DNA of 64,000 bases from a virus (Duplodnaviria; Caudoviricetes). The translations under genes and the position numbers were made by a program. Position 1 is the stretch's first letter. Each line of letters starts with the position of its first letter. The notes under the pieces were generated by a model. That model did not search any database, was not told the DNA's origin, and was given only the letters and a program-made list of their open reading frames with translations. Positions 44,522 to 54,214 of this stretch are shown piece after piece. Where the stretch lies: IMG/VR virus record IMGVR_UViG_3300031555_001562; one strand, given 5' to 3'.

Positions 44522-45169
44522 GTGATTACGCTGAAGAAGAGTTTTGAGTTGCAGAACTATCTGAAGAGATTGTTCGATGATGCTCTGAGTGTCTTGTCCT
44601 ACAATGACAATATCACTGAGACCAAACAGGAACACATGCGAAAGAAAGTTCTGGCTGACGCAGAGGATGAGGTCGTTACCAAGCCTAAGCGTCATGAGTA
44701 TGAGTTCGATATGAATACACTGATCGACTTTGCGTGCTACATTCAGGAGCAGATGTCAACCCTGACCACCGAGATCAATGTTGCAAAGTACAACAGTATC
44801 AGTGATCTTGACGGCATGATCGCCGTGAACAACCAGAAGCGCAAGTTGCTGGAACGCATGGTCGCTATGTCTGCGGTTAAAGCCAGAGAGACCATTACCC
44901 AGGGACGTGGTGTGAAGTTCAATGGTGAGGGCAACCAGACTACCTACACCTATGATATCAAGGAGATCACCACTATCGACTTCGACCGGAATAAGGTCAA
45001 GGCAATCGCAAGTCGGCTGCGCCGTGAACTGGATGAGACCTCCACTGAGATCGACAAGATGATGCTGGAAACCAGTGTCTATTACGTCTCTATTTTTGAG
45101 ATCGGTGATGATCTGGAGGAAGCTGTCACGAAGTACCTCGACGAAAAGAACAAGGGTAATAACACCTAA
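44522..45169 (+). CDS. Helical hypothetical protein preceding the candidate ncRNA
   Basis: AAGGAG RBS and GTG start; FNGEGNQ..Y.YD....TTIDFDRNKV. Confidence 0.75.
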   Translation: MITLKKSFELQNYLKRLFDDALSVLSYNDNITETKQEHMRKKVLADAEDEVVTKPKRHEYEFDMNTLIDFACYIQEQMSTLTTEINVAKYNSISDLDGMIAVNNQKRKLLERMVAMSAVKARETITQGRGVKFNGEGNQTTYTYDIKEITTIDFDRNKVKAIASRLRRELDETSTEIDKMMLETSVYYVSIFEIGDDLEEAVTKYLDEKNKGNNT

Positions 45170-45277
45170 ATAAACATATGCGGCTTATGTGAACCATCCT
45201 TCTAACTATATACAGACTCTGCCGATTGAGTGAATCGGCTCCATACAAGATAAGGTTCAGAAATTTCCGCAATTTAC

Positions 45278-45735
45278 AGTGACTACTATATAGAGGGCTG
45301 GAATATATTTTGATTTCAGTCGCTTCAGGTGCAGACGAAGTGTAGTGCTGCGCAGCTTTGGTGAGCTTATCGCCAGTATTGAATCATTTCAATAAAACTT
45401 TGATACTCGCTATCAAAATCTTTATACATACTTGGTTAAGCCAGATTGTAGGCTCCATTTTGAAGAAAGTAGTGCATGCGATAATCAAGGCCATAATCGA
45501 TCTGCGTTCAATACGTGAATTCCGTAATTCAACAATTCGAAATATCAATAACTCAATAATCGTTTCGCCAACATGATGGATCAAATATTTGGGTCAGTTA
45601 ATGAAATTCTTAATAGATAACAATGCAAAAGAGGAATGATCTCTTCTGGATTAATGCAATTCGGATTTGGTCATCGATTTTTGATTAAATTGATTGGGTT
45701 GATTTGATATTTCAGTCTTCTATATAGTAGTCACT
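45278..45735 (+). ncRNA. Candidate large structured ncRNA
   Basis: Ends form a 29-bp stem (45278-45306 with 45707-45735) whose three mismatches are all G-U compatible. Confidence 0.6.
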
Positions 45736-45744
45736 TTTACATAT

Positions 45745-45831
45745 GGGCGAGTAGAGTGTAATTGGTATCACCCCGGACTGTAAATCCGGTGCTTTTAGCC
45801 ACTGTAGGTTCAAGTCCTACCTCGCTCACCA
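45745..45831 (+). tRNA. tRNA-Tyr(GTA)
   Basis: Cloverleaf; ccgga-ctGTAaa-tccgg; CCA. Confidence 0.92.
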
Positions 45832-45835
45832 ATAT

Positions 45836-45911
45836 GGGTGGGTGGCGTACATGGTTGGCGCACCGGACTGAAAATCCGAGGACGTTGGTTCGATTCCAAC
45901 CCCTCCCACCA
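45836..45911 (+). tRNA. tRNA-Phe(GAA)
   Basis: cgga-ctGAAaa-tccg; TTCGA loop; CCA. Confidence 0.85.
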
Positions 45912-45915
45912 ATAC

Positions 45916-45990
45916 GGCTCGTTGGTATAACGGTTATTATACCGGACTGTCTCTCCGGTGACATGGGTTCGACTCCCATACGGGTCGCCA
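45916..45990 (+). tRNA. tRNA-Asp(GTC)
   Basis: ccgga-ctGTCtc-tccgg; CCA. Confidence 0.92.
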
Positions 45991-45993
45991 CAT

Positions 45994-46068
45994 GCAAGTG
46001 TACCCAAGTGGTTAGGGGCAGCACTGATAATGCTGTAGACGTGAGTTCAAATCTCTCCGCTTGCACCA
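45994..46068 (+). tRNA. tRNA-Ile(GAT)
   Basis: cagca-ctGATaa-tgctg; CCA. Confidence 0.85.
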
Positions 46069-46167
46069 TACAGAGTTGCATAACTCTTACTTTTTTGGTT
46101 CTTCGGTAAACCTGAAACCGATCTTGGAGACAAGGAGGAGTCTGCATAGATTCCTCATATCTGATAT

Positions 46168-46243
46168 GGCTCCTTAGCTCAGTCGGTAGAGCAACGGCCT
46201 GTTAAGCCGTGGGGCGAAGGTTCGAGTCCTTCAGGAGCCGCCA
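46168..46243 (+). tRNA. tRNA-Asn(GTT)
   Basis: acggc-ctGTTaa-gccgt; CCA. Confidence 0.95.
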
Positions 46244-46256
46244 AATAATTCTCTAT

Positions 46257-46334
46257 GGGGCAGTAGACGAATTGGATAGAGTCACCAGCCTTTCACGCTG
46301 GAATTTGTGGGTTCGATCCCCATCTGCCTCACCA
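46257..46334 (+). tRNA. tRNA-Glu(TTC)
   Basis: ccagc-ctTTCac-gctgg; CCA. Confidence 0.9.
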
Positions 46335-46341
46335 AATATAT

Positions 46342-46417
46342 GCCGATATAGCTCAATTGGCAGAGCAACTGATTTGTAATCAGTAGGTTGGGGGTTCAAG
46401 TCCGTCTATCGGCTCCA
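46342..46417 (+). tRNA. tRNA-Thr(TGT)
   Basis: actga-ttTGTaa-tcagt; CCA. Confidence 0.95.
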
Positions 46418-46423
46418 ACTGAT

Positions 46424-46499
46424 GCGGACATAGCTCAATTGGTAGAGCATCTGATTGCCATTCAGAAGGTTGCGAGTTCAAGCCTCGTTGTTCGCTCCA
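46424..46499 (+). tRNA. tRNA-Gly(GCC)
   Basis: tctga-ttGCCat-tcaga; CCA. Confidence 0.93.
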
Positions 46500-46534
46500 A
46501 CAACAAAAAAATACACCAAAGGAAGTTTAGATAT

Positions 46535-46705
46535 ATGAAGCAGATCACTAAAGAAGAAATGGAACGGTTACTGAGCAAGGGAATTGTTCGGAACTCCCAC
46601 AAGGGTTTCGTTGACAAGAAGGGATTCACTGTTGGATTCTACCGCACTCGTAACAAACGATATATTGAGGATAAATACGTAGGTATTGCAAGAAAGCTTT
46701 CTTGA
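46535..46705 (+). CDS. Small basic hypothetical protein
   Basis: MKQITKEEMERLL; the longer track ORF overlaps tRNAs. Confidence 0.6.
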   Translation: MKQITKEEMERLLSKGIVRNSHKGFVDKKGFTVGFYRTRNKRYIEDKYVGIARKLS

Positions 46706-46723
46706 TAAGTAGGGCTGTGGCGT

Positions 46724-48166
46724 ATGAGCAAGAAAAAGTTAAAAGGCGACGGCATCTTCTTTACCGGAAAAGCTTCCGAAGAGGTCACTGGATCTCAGTA
46801 CCTGGTACGTTTTGGAGATTATCAGATCTTGCTGGAATGCGGATTGCACCAATCCAAAAGTAACAGCTATCTTGATTCTTACAAGATAAACTCCGAAAAA
46901 TTTCAATTCAAACCGTCTGAAATTGATTTCTTGTTTGTAGCCCATCCTCATATCGACCATTGCGGCCTTATTCCAAAACTTGTGAAAGAGGGATTCCGTG
47001 GCAAGATCATTGCAACACAAAATACCGCCACGATCATGAAACCACTTTTGCTAAATTCATGCTACATCCTAAGTGATGAGGCACGTCTTCTTTCGAAGCG
47101 ATATAAAAGAGAATACAAGCCTTTATACGAAGAATCAGATGTTCATACTGCCTTGCGGTTAGTCAATGCTTACTGCGAGTACAATACAGTATATCAGCTA
47201 AATGAAACGATCAGTTTCCAGTGGCTGAAGAACTCCCATTGTGTTGGTGCTGCGCAGTTGCAGCTTATCATGAGCGACAAGGGAAAAACGAGAAAAATCC
47301 TGTACACATCTGATATTGGCGCTCTACATACAAATAATCATTATTTGACGGATACTGAGATTCCTGCAATGTTTAACGATGTTGTTATCATGGAATCTAC
47401 ATATGGCGAGTCTAGACGAGATACAAAGAAAACCAGAGGCTTTGATGTTGAACACCTAAGAGTTTCAATTAACACCGTTCTTGAAAGGGGCGGCAGCGCA
47501 ATTCTGCCATGCTTCAGCTTTAGCAGAACGCAGGAGCTACTGACTACTTTGTATGATATCTATGGCTCAGACGAAAATTTCGCTACGCAGATCATTGTTG
47601 ACTCAAAGCTGAGTTGCGACATTAGCAAGCTGTACTCATCTGTATTGGATGGGAAAGACCTTGAAATGTGGGAATCAGTATACAATTGGCAGAATGTCAA
47701 GTTTATATCCGAGAAAACTGACTCACAGCATTGTGTTGCCGATCCTACACCAAAGATTGTAATCTCTTCTTCTGGTTTCTGTACAAACGGAAGAATTGTG
47801 AATTACTTGAAACAATATTTGAAAGATCCGAACAGTATGGTGATCTTCTCCGGTTACACTGGCGATAATCCAACATACTTGTCATATAGAATCAAGAATT
47901 ACAGAGAACATAAATTCATCAGCATTAACAAAGAGCAAATTGCCAACAAAGCAGATTGTATTACTCTTTCAACCTTCAGTAGTCATGCAAATCACAGTGA
48001 CCTAATCAGGTATGGTAGTTCACTGAATACAAACAAGGTGATCCTTGTGCATGGTTCTGCTGAGGGCAAAAAGTGTTTGTCCGAAAAGTTAAAAGAAGCA
48101 ATCTCCAAAAATGACAAGACATATCGTGTTATGTCTGCTTTCCGTGGCATGATTGTTCATTTATAA
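46724..48166 (+). CDS. MBL-fold beta-CASP ribonuclease
   Basis: EVTGS, HPHIDHCG, SHCVGA, YTSDIG, MESTYG, FSSHA and LVHG motifs. Confidence 0.9.
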   Translation: MSKKKLKGDGIFFTGKASEEVTGSQYLVRFGDYQILLECGLHQSKSNSYLDSYKINSEKFQFKPSEIDFLFVAHPHIDHCGLIPKLVKEGFRGKIIATQNTATIMKPLLLNSCYILSDEARLLSKRYKREYKPLYEESDVHTALRLVNAYCEYNTVYQLNETISFQWLKNSHCVGAAQLQLIMSDKGKTRKILYTSDIGALHTNNHYLTDTEIPAMFNDVVIMESTYGESRRDTKKTRGFDVEHLRVSINTVLERGGSAILPCFSFSRTQELLTTLYDIYGSDENFATQIIVDSKLSCDISKLYSSVLDGKDLEMWESVYNWQNVKFISEKTDSQHCVADPTPKIVISSSGFCTNGRIVNYLKQYLKDPNSMVIFSGYTGDNPTYLSYRIKNYREHKFISINKEQIANKADCITLSTFSSHANHSDLIRYGSSLNTNKVILVHGSAEGKKCLSEKLKEAISKNDKTYRVMSAFRGMIVHL

Positions 48167-48177
48167 GGAGAAGGCTT

Positions 48178-48789
48178 ATGGAAAACGAAATGGTTGGCGA
48201 GAACATTAATTATTGTCTCGAAGACATTTTTACCCTGGAAGATATCGAGAATAGAAGAATCTATTTGAACTGCGACATTGACTCAAAAGCAGCAGAACAC
48301 GCCGTTTACTATATTCTTCGCTATAACAGAATGGATATCGGCAAACCAGTTGAAGAGCGTAAGCCGATCACGATCTATCTCAATTCTAAGGGTGGCTCTG
48401 TTACGGCTGGATTTGCTATCATTGATGCAATGATTCATAGCAAAACTCCTGTTCATACCGTAAATCTTGCAGAATGCTACAGCATGGGTTTCCTTATTTT
48501 CATTGCCGGCGAAAAACGCTATGCAATGCCTAGCTCCACATATTTGTGTCATGACGGAAGTTCATATGCCTATGACTCAATGGGCAAATTGAAAGATCGC
48601 ATGGAATTTGAGCTTGGTCAGATGGAAGAGCGTACCAAGAAGTATGTTGTTTCAAGAACAAACATTACAGAAAAGATGTATGTGAAGAACTACAGAAAAG
48701 AGTGGTACTTCTATCCTGAAGAAGCAAAGAATCTTGGTGTGGTAACTCACATTGTAGGAATCGACTGCGATATTGATGAAATTCTGTAA
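48178..48789 (+). CDS. ClpP-family protease
   Basis: YLNSKGGSV, CYSMG (catalytic Ser), LCH (His), EEAKNLG. Confidence 0.85.
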   Translation: MENEMVGENINYCLEDIFTLEDIENRRIYLNCDIDSKAAEHAVYYILRYNRMDIGKPVEERKPITIYLNSKGGSVTAGFAIIDAMIHSKTPVHTVNLAECYSMGFLIFIAGEKRYAMPSSTYLCHDGSSYAYDSMGKLKDRMEFELGQMEERTKKYVVSRTNITEKMYVKNYRKEWYFYPEEAKNLGVVTHIVGIDCDIDEIL

Positions 48790-48816
48790 TTCTCTGTATT
48801 CGGAAAGGTACAAAGA

Positions 48817-50037
48817 ATGATAGAAGATTTGAGAAAGAAAATCGAGGAATATGGTTTAACAACTGACGAATATGAGGCATGTCTGGCCGATGCATATGCA
48901 AAGGCAAACAGAACGATTGATCTGGATTGGCAGGAAATCATCGATAAGTATGGCCTGGATATTCATTATGATACTCTGAGAAAAGCAACGCAAACCATCT
49001 TTGGCGGAGCATTTGTTGCAGAGTATTATAAAGCAAAGCAAAGTCAGAACAAGACTTCATATCTCGATGATCTTCGTGCTGAAAAGCAAGAAGTGAGAAA
49101 AGAAAAGCAAAAGCTATTCGATGAGCGTGTCGCACTGAATAAGCTTCTGCGTGAACAAGGCAGAATGGAATCAATGTACGATATTGTCAAAAGAGCAATT
49201 GACGATTATCGCCCTGTTCATTTTGGCTATACTCCAACACAAATTGAAGATAGCGATAATGATCTGATTATTCATTTGACTGATGTTCACTGTGGTGTTG
49301 ACATTGATTCACCGTTTAATCAGTTCAATACTGATGTTTTGAGCCAGAGACTGAAAAATTATCTGGACGAGATCTTTGAGATCAGAAATACATACAAGTC
49401 ACAGAATGCATACCTGATTCTTGGCGGAGACTTGATTCACGGTATTATTCACCTTAATGCCAGAATCGAGGCTAAGGAAAATATGGTCATGCAGATCATG
49501 AAAGTAACTGACCTAATCAGTAATTTCATTTATGAACTGAGCAAAATGTTCCAGAATGTAGAAGTACATACTACGGCAGGAAATCATGCTCGTTCTACTG
49601 CAAACAAAGAGGAATCACCGAGAGGCGAGAACTTTGACCTACTTGTTCCCTATGCATGCAGAAAAGACCTCCAGAATGTCAGTAACGTGCAAATCGTTGA
49701 TAACTATCTGGGATATGATATCGCTACTTTCAAAGTGCGTGGTCATATGGTTTATGCAACTCATGGAGACAAGGATACTCCACATAACGTTGTTTACAAC
49801 ATGACCAAATTTGCTCGAAAAGCAAACTTGCCACTACCTGATATTTGTTATCTGGGTCATCGGCATACCAATGGACTAACGACTGTTGATGATGTAAAAA
49901 TCATTGAAAGCGGATGTGTCGATGGAATGGACTCATTTTCAATTGATAAGAGACTTGTCGGCACTCCTGAGCAGACTGTCGTGGTTGTCACCGAGAAGCG
50001 TCGTATCAAGGCATTGTGCGATGTTCAAATTGATTGA
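48817..50037 (+). CDS. Metallophosphoesterase with N-terminal coiled coil
   Basis: DVH, GDLIHG, GNH, HGD and GHRH motifs. Confidence 0.85.
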   Translation: MIEDLRKKIEEYGLTTDEYEACLADAYAKANRTIDLDWQEIIDKYGLDIHYDTLRKATQTIFGGAFVAEYYKAKQSQNKTSYLDDLRAEKQEVRKEKQKLFDERVALNKLLREQGRMESMYDIVKRAIDDYRPVHFGYTPTQIEDSDNDLIIHLTDVHCGVDIDSPFNQFNTDVLSQRLKNYLDEIFEIRNTYKSQNAYLILGGDLIHGIIHLNARIEAKENMVMQIMKVTDLISNFIYELSKMFQNVEVHTTAGNHARSTANKEESPRGENFDLLVPYACRKDLQNVSNVQIVDNYLGYDIATFKVRGHMVYATHGDKDTPHNVVYNMTKFARKANLPLPDICYLGHRHTNGLTTVDDVKIIESGCVDGMDSFSIDKRLVGTPEQTVVVVTEKRRIKALCDVQID

Positions 50038-50066
50038 AATTATTAGTTGAAATTGAGGAATATAAT

Positions 50067-50345
50067 ATGACGAAGAACGAATTGATTACAAATATTGCAG
50101 CAAAAACCGGGCTATCAAAGATGGCATGCGAATCAGTTGTCGATGCCTTTTCTGATGAGATTAAGGATTGCCTGGTCAGAGGCGATAAGATCCTGCTAAA
50201 AGGATTTATGAGTTTCGAGGTAATCGAACGAGCAGAGCGTGAGGGTAAAAATCTGAATACCGGCGCTCCTATTACATACCCATCCGTCAAGTCCATCAAG
50301 TGCAAAGTAAGCAAGGCATTCAAGGACGCCGTTAATGAGAAATAA
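50067..50345 (+). CDS. HU family DNA-binding protein
   Basis: MTKNELITNIAAKTGLSK...GF.SF....RAEREGKN.NTG. Confidence 0.92.
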   Translation: MTKNELITNIAAKTGLSKMACESVVDAFSDEIKDCLVRGDKILLKGFMSFEVIERAEREGKNLNTGAPITYPSVKSIKCKVSKAFKDAVNEK

Positions 50346-50863
50346 TGGAGGTCGCTATGGAACATATTGCTTTTGCACAAATTGGAGATTTGGCTGAATA
50401 TATGATTAACAGAGTTGAGGACAAGGAATACATTGTCGCAGCTCTGTTTTTTGATAATGCCGTTGAATTGATGAGAAGTTTGCTTCTATATGATGAAGTA
50501 AGAATCGGAACAATCGAGATTTCAGATATCGAATATGACGGCTATACAGGTGAGTACTATGTTTCACTCATGGATGATTACACTCTATGTGTTGAACGAG
50601 CCTTGTCTGATGATAAATACCTAAGAACAGACGCAGCGCTTCTTTTGCTGGATGGTGATGTGAAATACGCCATTGTTGAAGCAAATGATGCAAGCGAGTG
50701 TGTCGAGATCGCCATTGGCGATGATGACTGCGGTGAGTGCGTGGATGCATCTGAAATGATCGACAGAATTTTTGATGCTATCAAAATGGTGTACGATCCA
50801 GAAAACCACACTGCATCATTCGCATTTGACGGCAACGCATTGTACAACCTACTTTTCAATTAA
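50345..50863 (+). CDS. Acidic hypothetical protein
   Basis: 172-aa ORF in operon. Confidence 0.7.
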   Translation: MEVAMEHIAFAQIGDLAEYMINRVEDKEYIVAALFFDNAVELMRSLLLYDEVRIGTIEISDIEYDGYTGEYYVSLMDDYTLCVERALSDDKYLRTDAALLLLDGDVKYAIVEANDASECVEIAIGDDDCGECVDASEMIDRIFDAIKMVYDPENHTASFAFDGNALYNLLFN

Positions 50864-50900
50864 AAAATATGCCCTCTCTTCCACAGGGAGGGCTTCATAT

Positions 50901-50975
50901 TGCGGAGTGGAGCAGCGGTAGCTCACCGGCCCCATAAGCCGTTGGTCGCCAGTTCGAATCTGGCCTCCGCAACCA
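50901..50975 (+). tRNA. tRNA-Met(CAT), initiator-like but atypical
   Basis: fMet-like body (GTGGAGCAG...GGTAGCTC); loop ccCATaa; CCA. Confidence 0.85.
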
Positions 50976-50986
50976 AGGAGAATTTA

Positions 50987-51265
50987 ATGGATCCAGTAAA
51001 AGAATTCATTGATAGAAGATTTAAGGCAGATTGCAATTGGCTCAATGGAAATTGCTATTATTTTGCCTTAATACTGAGTGATAGATTTCCTGGTGGAACG
51101 GTATATTATGATGTGATTTATGGTCATTTCATATATTCCTACAAAGGAAAGTATTATGATTGGTCTGGCGAAATGAAACCGGATGGATATCTGGTAGAAT
51201 GGGCTAGATTTGATGAATATGACTCATTGCAAAAGAAACATATTATCGAGGGCTGCTTAATGTAG
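50987..51265 (+). CDS. Hypothetical protein
   Basis: AAGGAG RBS; GNCYYFA...GH...YYDWSG. Confidence 0.7.
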   Translation: MDPVKEFIDRRFKADCNWLNGNCYYFALILSDRFPGGTVYYDVIYGHFIYSYKGKYYDWSGEMKPDGYLVEWARFDEYDSLQKKHIIEGCLM

Positions 51266-51282
51266 CTCTCGTTTACATATAT

Positions 51283-51374
51283 GGCAGGTTAACTGCGACG
51301 GCTCGCAGCTCCGTCTTGAAAACGGTTGGTACGGCTAGTAACCGTATGGGGGTCGGCACCTCAGCCTGTCGCCA
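51283..51374 (+). tRNA. tRNA-Ser(TGA) with non-canonical 8/4 fold
   Basis: 8-bp acceptor, 6-bp D-stem with 4-nt loop, long variable arm, 4-bp T-stem, G discriminator, CCA. Confidence 0.8.
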
Positions 51375-51461
51375 GATCATACTCCGGATACCTACGGGTT
51401 CCGGGGTTTTATATTTTAGTTGATAACGATCTATTAGTTGTAAATAGAAAGAGGTGGCATA

Positions 51462-52373
51462 ATGCCAAAAGACAATTCAAAAGCAAATGTGCAGAAATGC
51501 TGCCGTTGCAACGAGACGTTTGATCTAGATGTAGGATTTTTCAAATCAAATAGTGAATTGTATAGTGGAACACAAAGACTTCCTATATGCAAGACTTGTT
51601 TGGGCGAGATGTTCGATGAATACACCGTGAAATACAATAGCCAAAAAATCGCTATGCAACGTATTTGTATGGCATTTGATTTGTATTACAGTGAATCGGT
51701 GTTTGACACATGTAGCGGAGATCCAAGCACTGCACTTGGAAACTATATCAAACGGTTAAACATGGCTCAAATCAGTAAAAAGAAAAAGACATTCGACACA
51801 ACTCTTCAAGAAGGTTTCGTTTTCATGAAAGAAACCAAGAAGAAAGATGTTGAAAAGAATAATTTCAAGGAAGAGCCAAAAGTTAATCCAAAAGATGTTG
51901 AAACGTGGGGCGATGGTCTATCAGCCGCCGACTATGATACCCTGAACAGGCACTATAAGTTCTTGAAACAGGCGAATCCAAATTGCGATAGCAATCAGGA
52001 TATCTTCATTGAAGATCTATGTTACATCAAGATGCAACAGATGAAAGCTATTCGTGAAGGCCGAGCTGATGATTACAGCAAAATGGCAGAGCAGTACAGA
52101 AAGTCGTTCTCTCAGGCTGGTTTGAAAACCACACGTGATGCAACTGAAACTGAATCGTTTACTGTTGGTGTAAACATTGAAACAATAGAAAAATACACTC
52201 CTGCCGAGTATTACAAAAATAGAAGTCTGCATAAGGATCATGACAATATTGGTGATTATATGGAAAGATTCTGCTTGAGACCATTGCGGAATTTGATGTA
52301 TGGAACCACCGACAGAGATCATGAGTTCTTTGTCAAAGATGAGGAAGATGTCAATGAGTTTACAGACGAATGA
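51462..52373 (+). CDS. Zn-finger protein upstream of terminase (possible small subunit)
   Basis: CCRC...FFKS...PICKTC; position. Confidence 0.6.
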   Translation: MPKDNSKANVQKCCRCNETFDLDVGFFKSNSELYSGTQRLPICKTCLGEMFDEYTVKYNSQKIAMQRICMAFDLYYSESVFDTCSGDPSTALGNYIKRLNMAQISKKKKTFDTTLQEGFVFMKETKKKDVEKNNFKEEPKVNPKDVETWGDGLSAADYDTLNRHYKFLKQANPNCDSNQDIFIEDLCYIKMQQMKAIREGRADDYSKMAEQYRKSFSQAGLKTTRDATETESFTVGVNIETIEKYTPAEYYKNRSLHKDHDNIGDYMERFCLRPLRNLMYGTTDRDHEFFVKDEEDVNEFTDE

Positions 52374-54198
52374 GGCATCTGCAAAGAAACATTATAAGAA
52401 CCGTAATGCAGACGAAAGACAGGCAGAGTTGTATAGGAAGTTCCCATCTGATAGTTTTCTTGGAAACGAGACAAACATGGATCATTTCATTCAGTGGGTA
52501 ACTTTCTTCAGAAGAAATTTACATAGATTTGCAATGGATTATCTGGGCATTAAACTTCACTTATACCAGATAATCATGTTGTATATGATGGGAATCAACA
52601 ACTTCATTGTTGTTATTGCCAGTCGTGCATCTGCAAAATCATTCATCATTGCATTGTATGCATGTTGCAGATGTATTTTGTATCCAAACTCAATGATCGT
52701 TCTATCATCCGCCACAAAGGGTCAGAGTAAGCTTCTGGTTTCTGAAAAGATTCAGAAGGAGCTTATGACGATATCTCCAATTTTGCGGAAAGAGATTCTG
52801 AGAGTTAAGGATAACCAGAACGAAGTTATCGTTTATTTCAGAAACCATAGCACAATCACTGTTGTCCCGGCATCTGAAAACGGACGTGGCTACAGATCAA
52901 ATGTTATCGTCAGAGAAGAGTTCAGACAGATCAAGAAATCTGTTGATGATAGTATTCTTTCTCCTTTCCAGATCATTAGACAGACACCGTACATGAAAGA
53001 CGAATTTTATGTGAATGTCAAAGAGCTGGAGGAAGAAACGATTGATATCTATATCTCTTCTAGTTGGTTCGATAATGGACACTGGATGTGGGAAATTGTT
53101 GACCAGGCGTATGACGAGATGCTTAAAGGAAAATCTTCATGTCTGCTTGCATTCGATGAATCCATTGCTATTAAGCACAAGATTAAGACAATGCGCTATT
53201 TCCAGACTGAAAAGAAGAAACAGGATCCAATCACGTGGCAGCTCGAATTTATGAATGCACGACTGAAAGAAAACCAGTTTGCATTCTTTACATACGGTAT
53301 GCTTCAGCAGAATCAGCGTGTTATGAAACCGTTCTATCCACGGTCAATGATTGATTTCAGAATCAACAAAAAGAATCCATATGACATCCCAAAGCAAAAG
53401 GGAGAAATTCGAATAATTTCTTGTGATATGGCTTTCGTTGAAAACAAGAAAAACGATAATTCAATTTTCTCATGCATGCGCCTACTGCCGGACTATACCA
53501 CATACAATCGTGAGTCTTCCGGCGATATCAAGATTGACAATGGCTACCGGAGAATTGTTTCTTATTTGGAATCTGTTCAGGGTGGAGACGTGACAAGACA
53601 AGCTCTAAGAATCAGACAGCTATTTGAGGATTTCGGCGCAGACTATATTGTGCTTGACCTTAGAAATGCTGGTATTTCTATCTATGACTTGCTTGCACGA
53701 ATCATGTATGACGATGAGAGAGACGTTGAGTACTCTCCCCTGTCATGTATGAATGATGAGTCAATCGCAAACAGAATTAAGATTGAGGGCGCAAATCCAT
53801 GCATCTTTGTAATCAATGCAACACAGAAGCTTAACAGCGACATTGCGCTTGATTTCAGAAGAGTGCTGGAAAACAAACAAATCGATCTTCTGATTAGCTT
53901 TGAAAAGGCTAACGAGGAAGTTTTGCCAAATATAAAAGAGTACATTAACTCACCGGATGCCGATCTTCAGTTCTTCTATGAAGCTCCATTCTTCGAGACA
54001 CAGGAATTTATCAGTGAGACCACTGGCCTGGTATACGAGAAGAAGCCGCAGACGGGTGTTATTGTCATATCCGAGCAAGGTAATAACCGAAAAGATAGAT
54101 ACACTTCCGTTTCGTATGGTTCATGGTTTGCTTCAGCTCTTGAAAAAGATTTGATTTCTGCAAACGATGACTATGAGGTTTCGGTGTTTATCAACTAG
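52348..54198 (+). CDS. Terminase large subunit
   Basis: ASRASAKS Walker A variant, GRGYR.N..VREE Walker B, nuclease DMA...NDNS...KDRY. Confidence 0.88.
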   Translation: MSMSLQTNEASAKKHYKNRNADERQAELYRKFPSDSFLGNETNMDHFIQWVTFFRRNLHRFAMDYLGIKLHLYQIIMLYMMGINNFIVVIASRASAKSFIIALYACCRCILYPNSMIVLSSATKGQSKLLVSEKIQKELMTISPILRKEILRVKDNQNEVIVYFRNHSTITVVPASENGRGYRSNVIVREEFRQIKKSVDDSILSPFQIIRQTPYMKDEFYVNVKELEEETIDIYISSSWFDNGHWMWEIVDQAYDEMLKGKSSCLLAFDESIAIKHKIKTMRYFQTEKKKQDPITWQLEFMNARLKENQFAFFTYGMLQQNQRVMKPFYPRSMIDFRINKKNPYDIPKQKGEIRIISCDMAFVENKKNDNSIFSCMRLLPDYTTYNRESSGDIKIDNGYRRIVSYLESVQGGDVTRQALRIRQLFEDFGADYIVLDLRNAGISIYDLLARIMYDDERDVEYSPLSCMNDESIANRIKIEGANPCIFVINATQKLNSDIALDFRRVLENKQIDLLISFEKANEEVLPNIKEYINSPDADLQFFYEAPFFETQEFISETTGLVYEKKPQTGVIVISEQGNNRKDRYTSVSYGSWFASALEKDLISANDDYEVSVFIN

Positions 54199-54214
54199 AA
54201 AGGAGGAAGAAGTT

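Noticed and set aside
45737-46534. ORFs overlapping the tRNA array (also 50900-50986 and 51326-51523)
   Set aside because: Explained by tRNA genes.
51283-51374. tRNA-Sec or opal suppressor implying recoding
   Set aside because: The anticodon is TGA (reads UCA, Ser), not TCA; genes terminate normally at all three stops under code 11.
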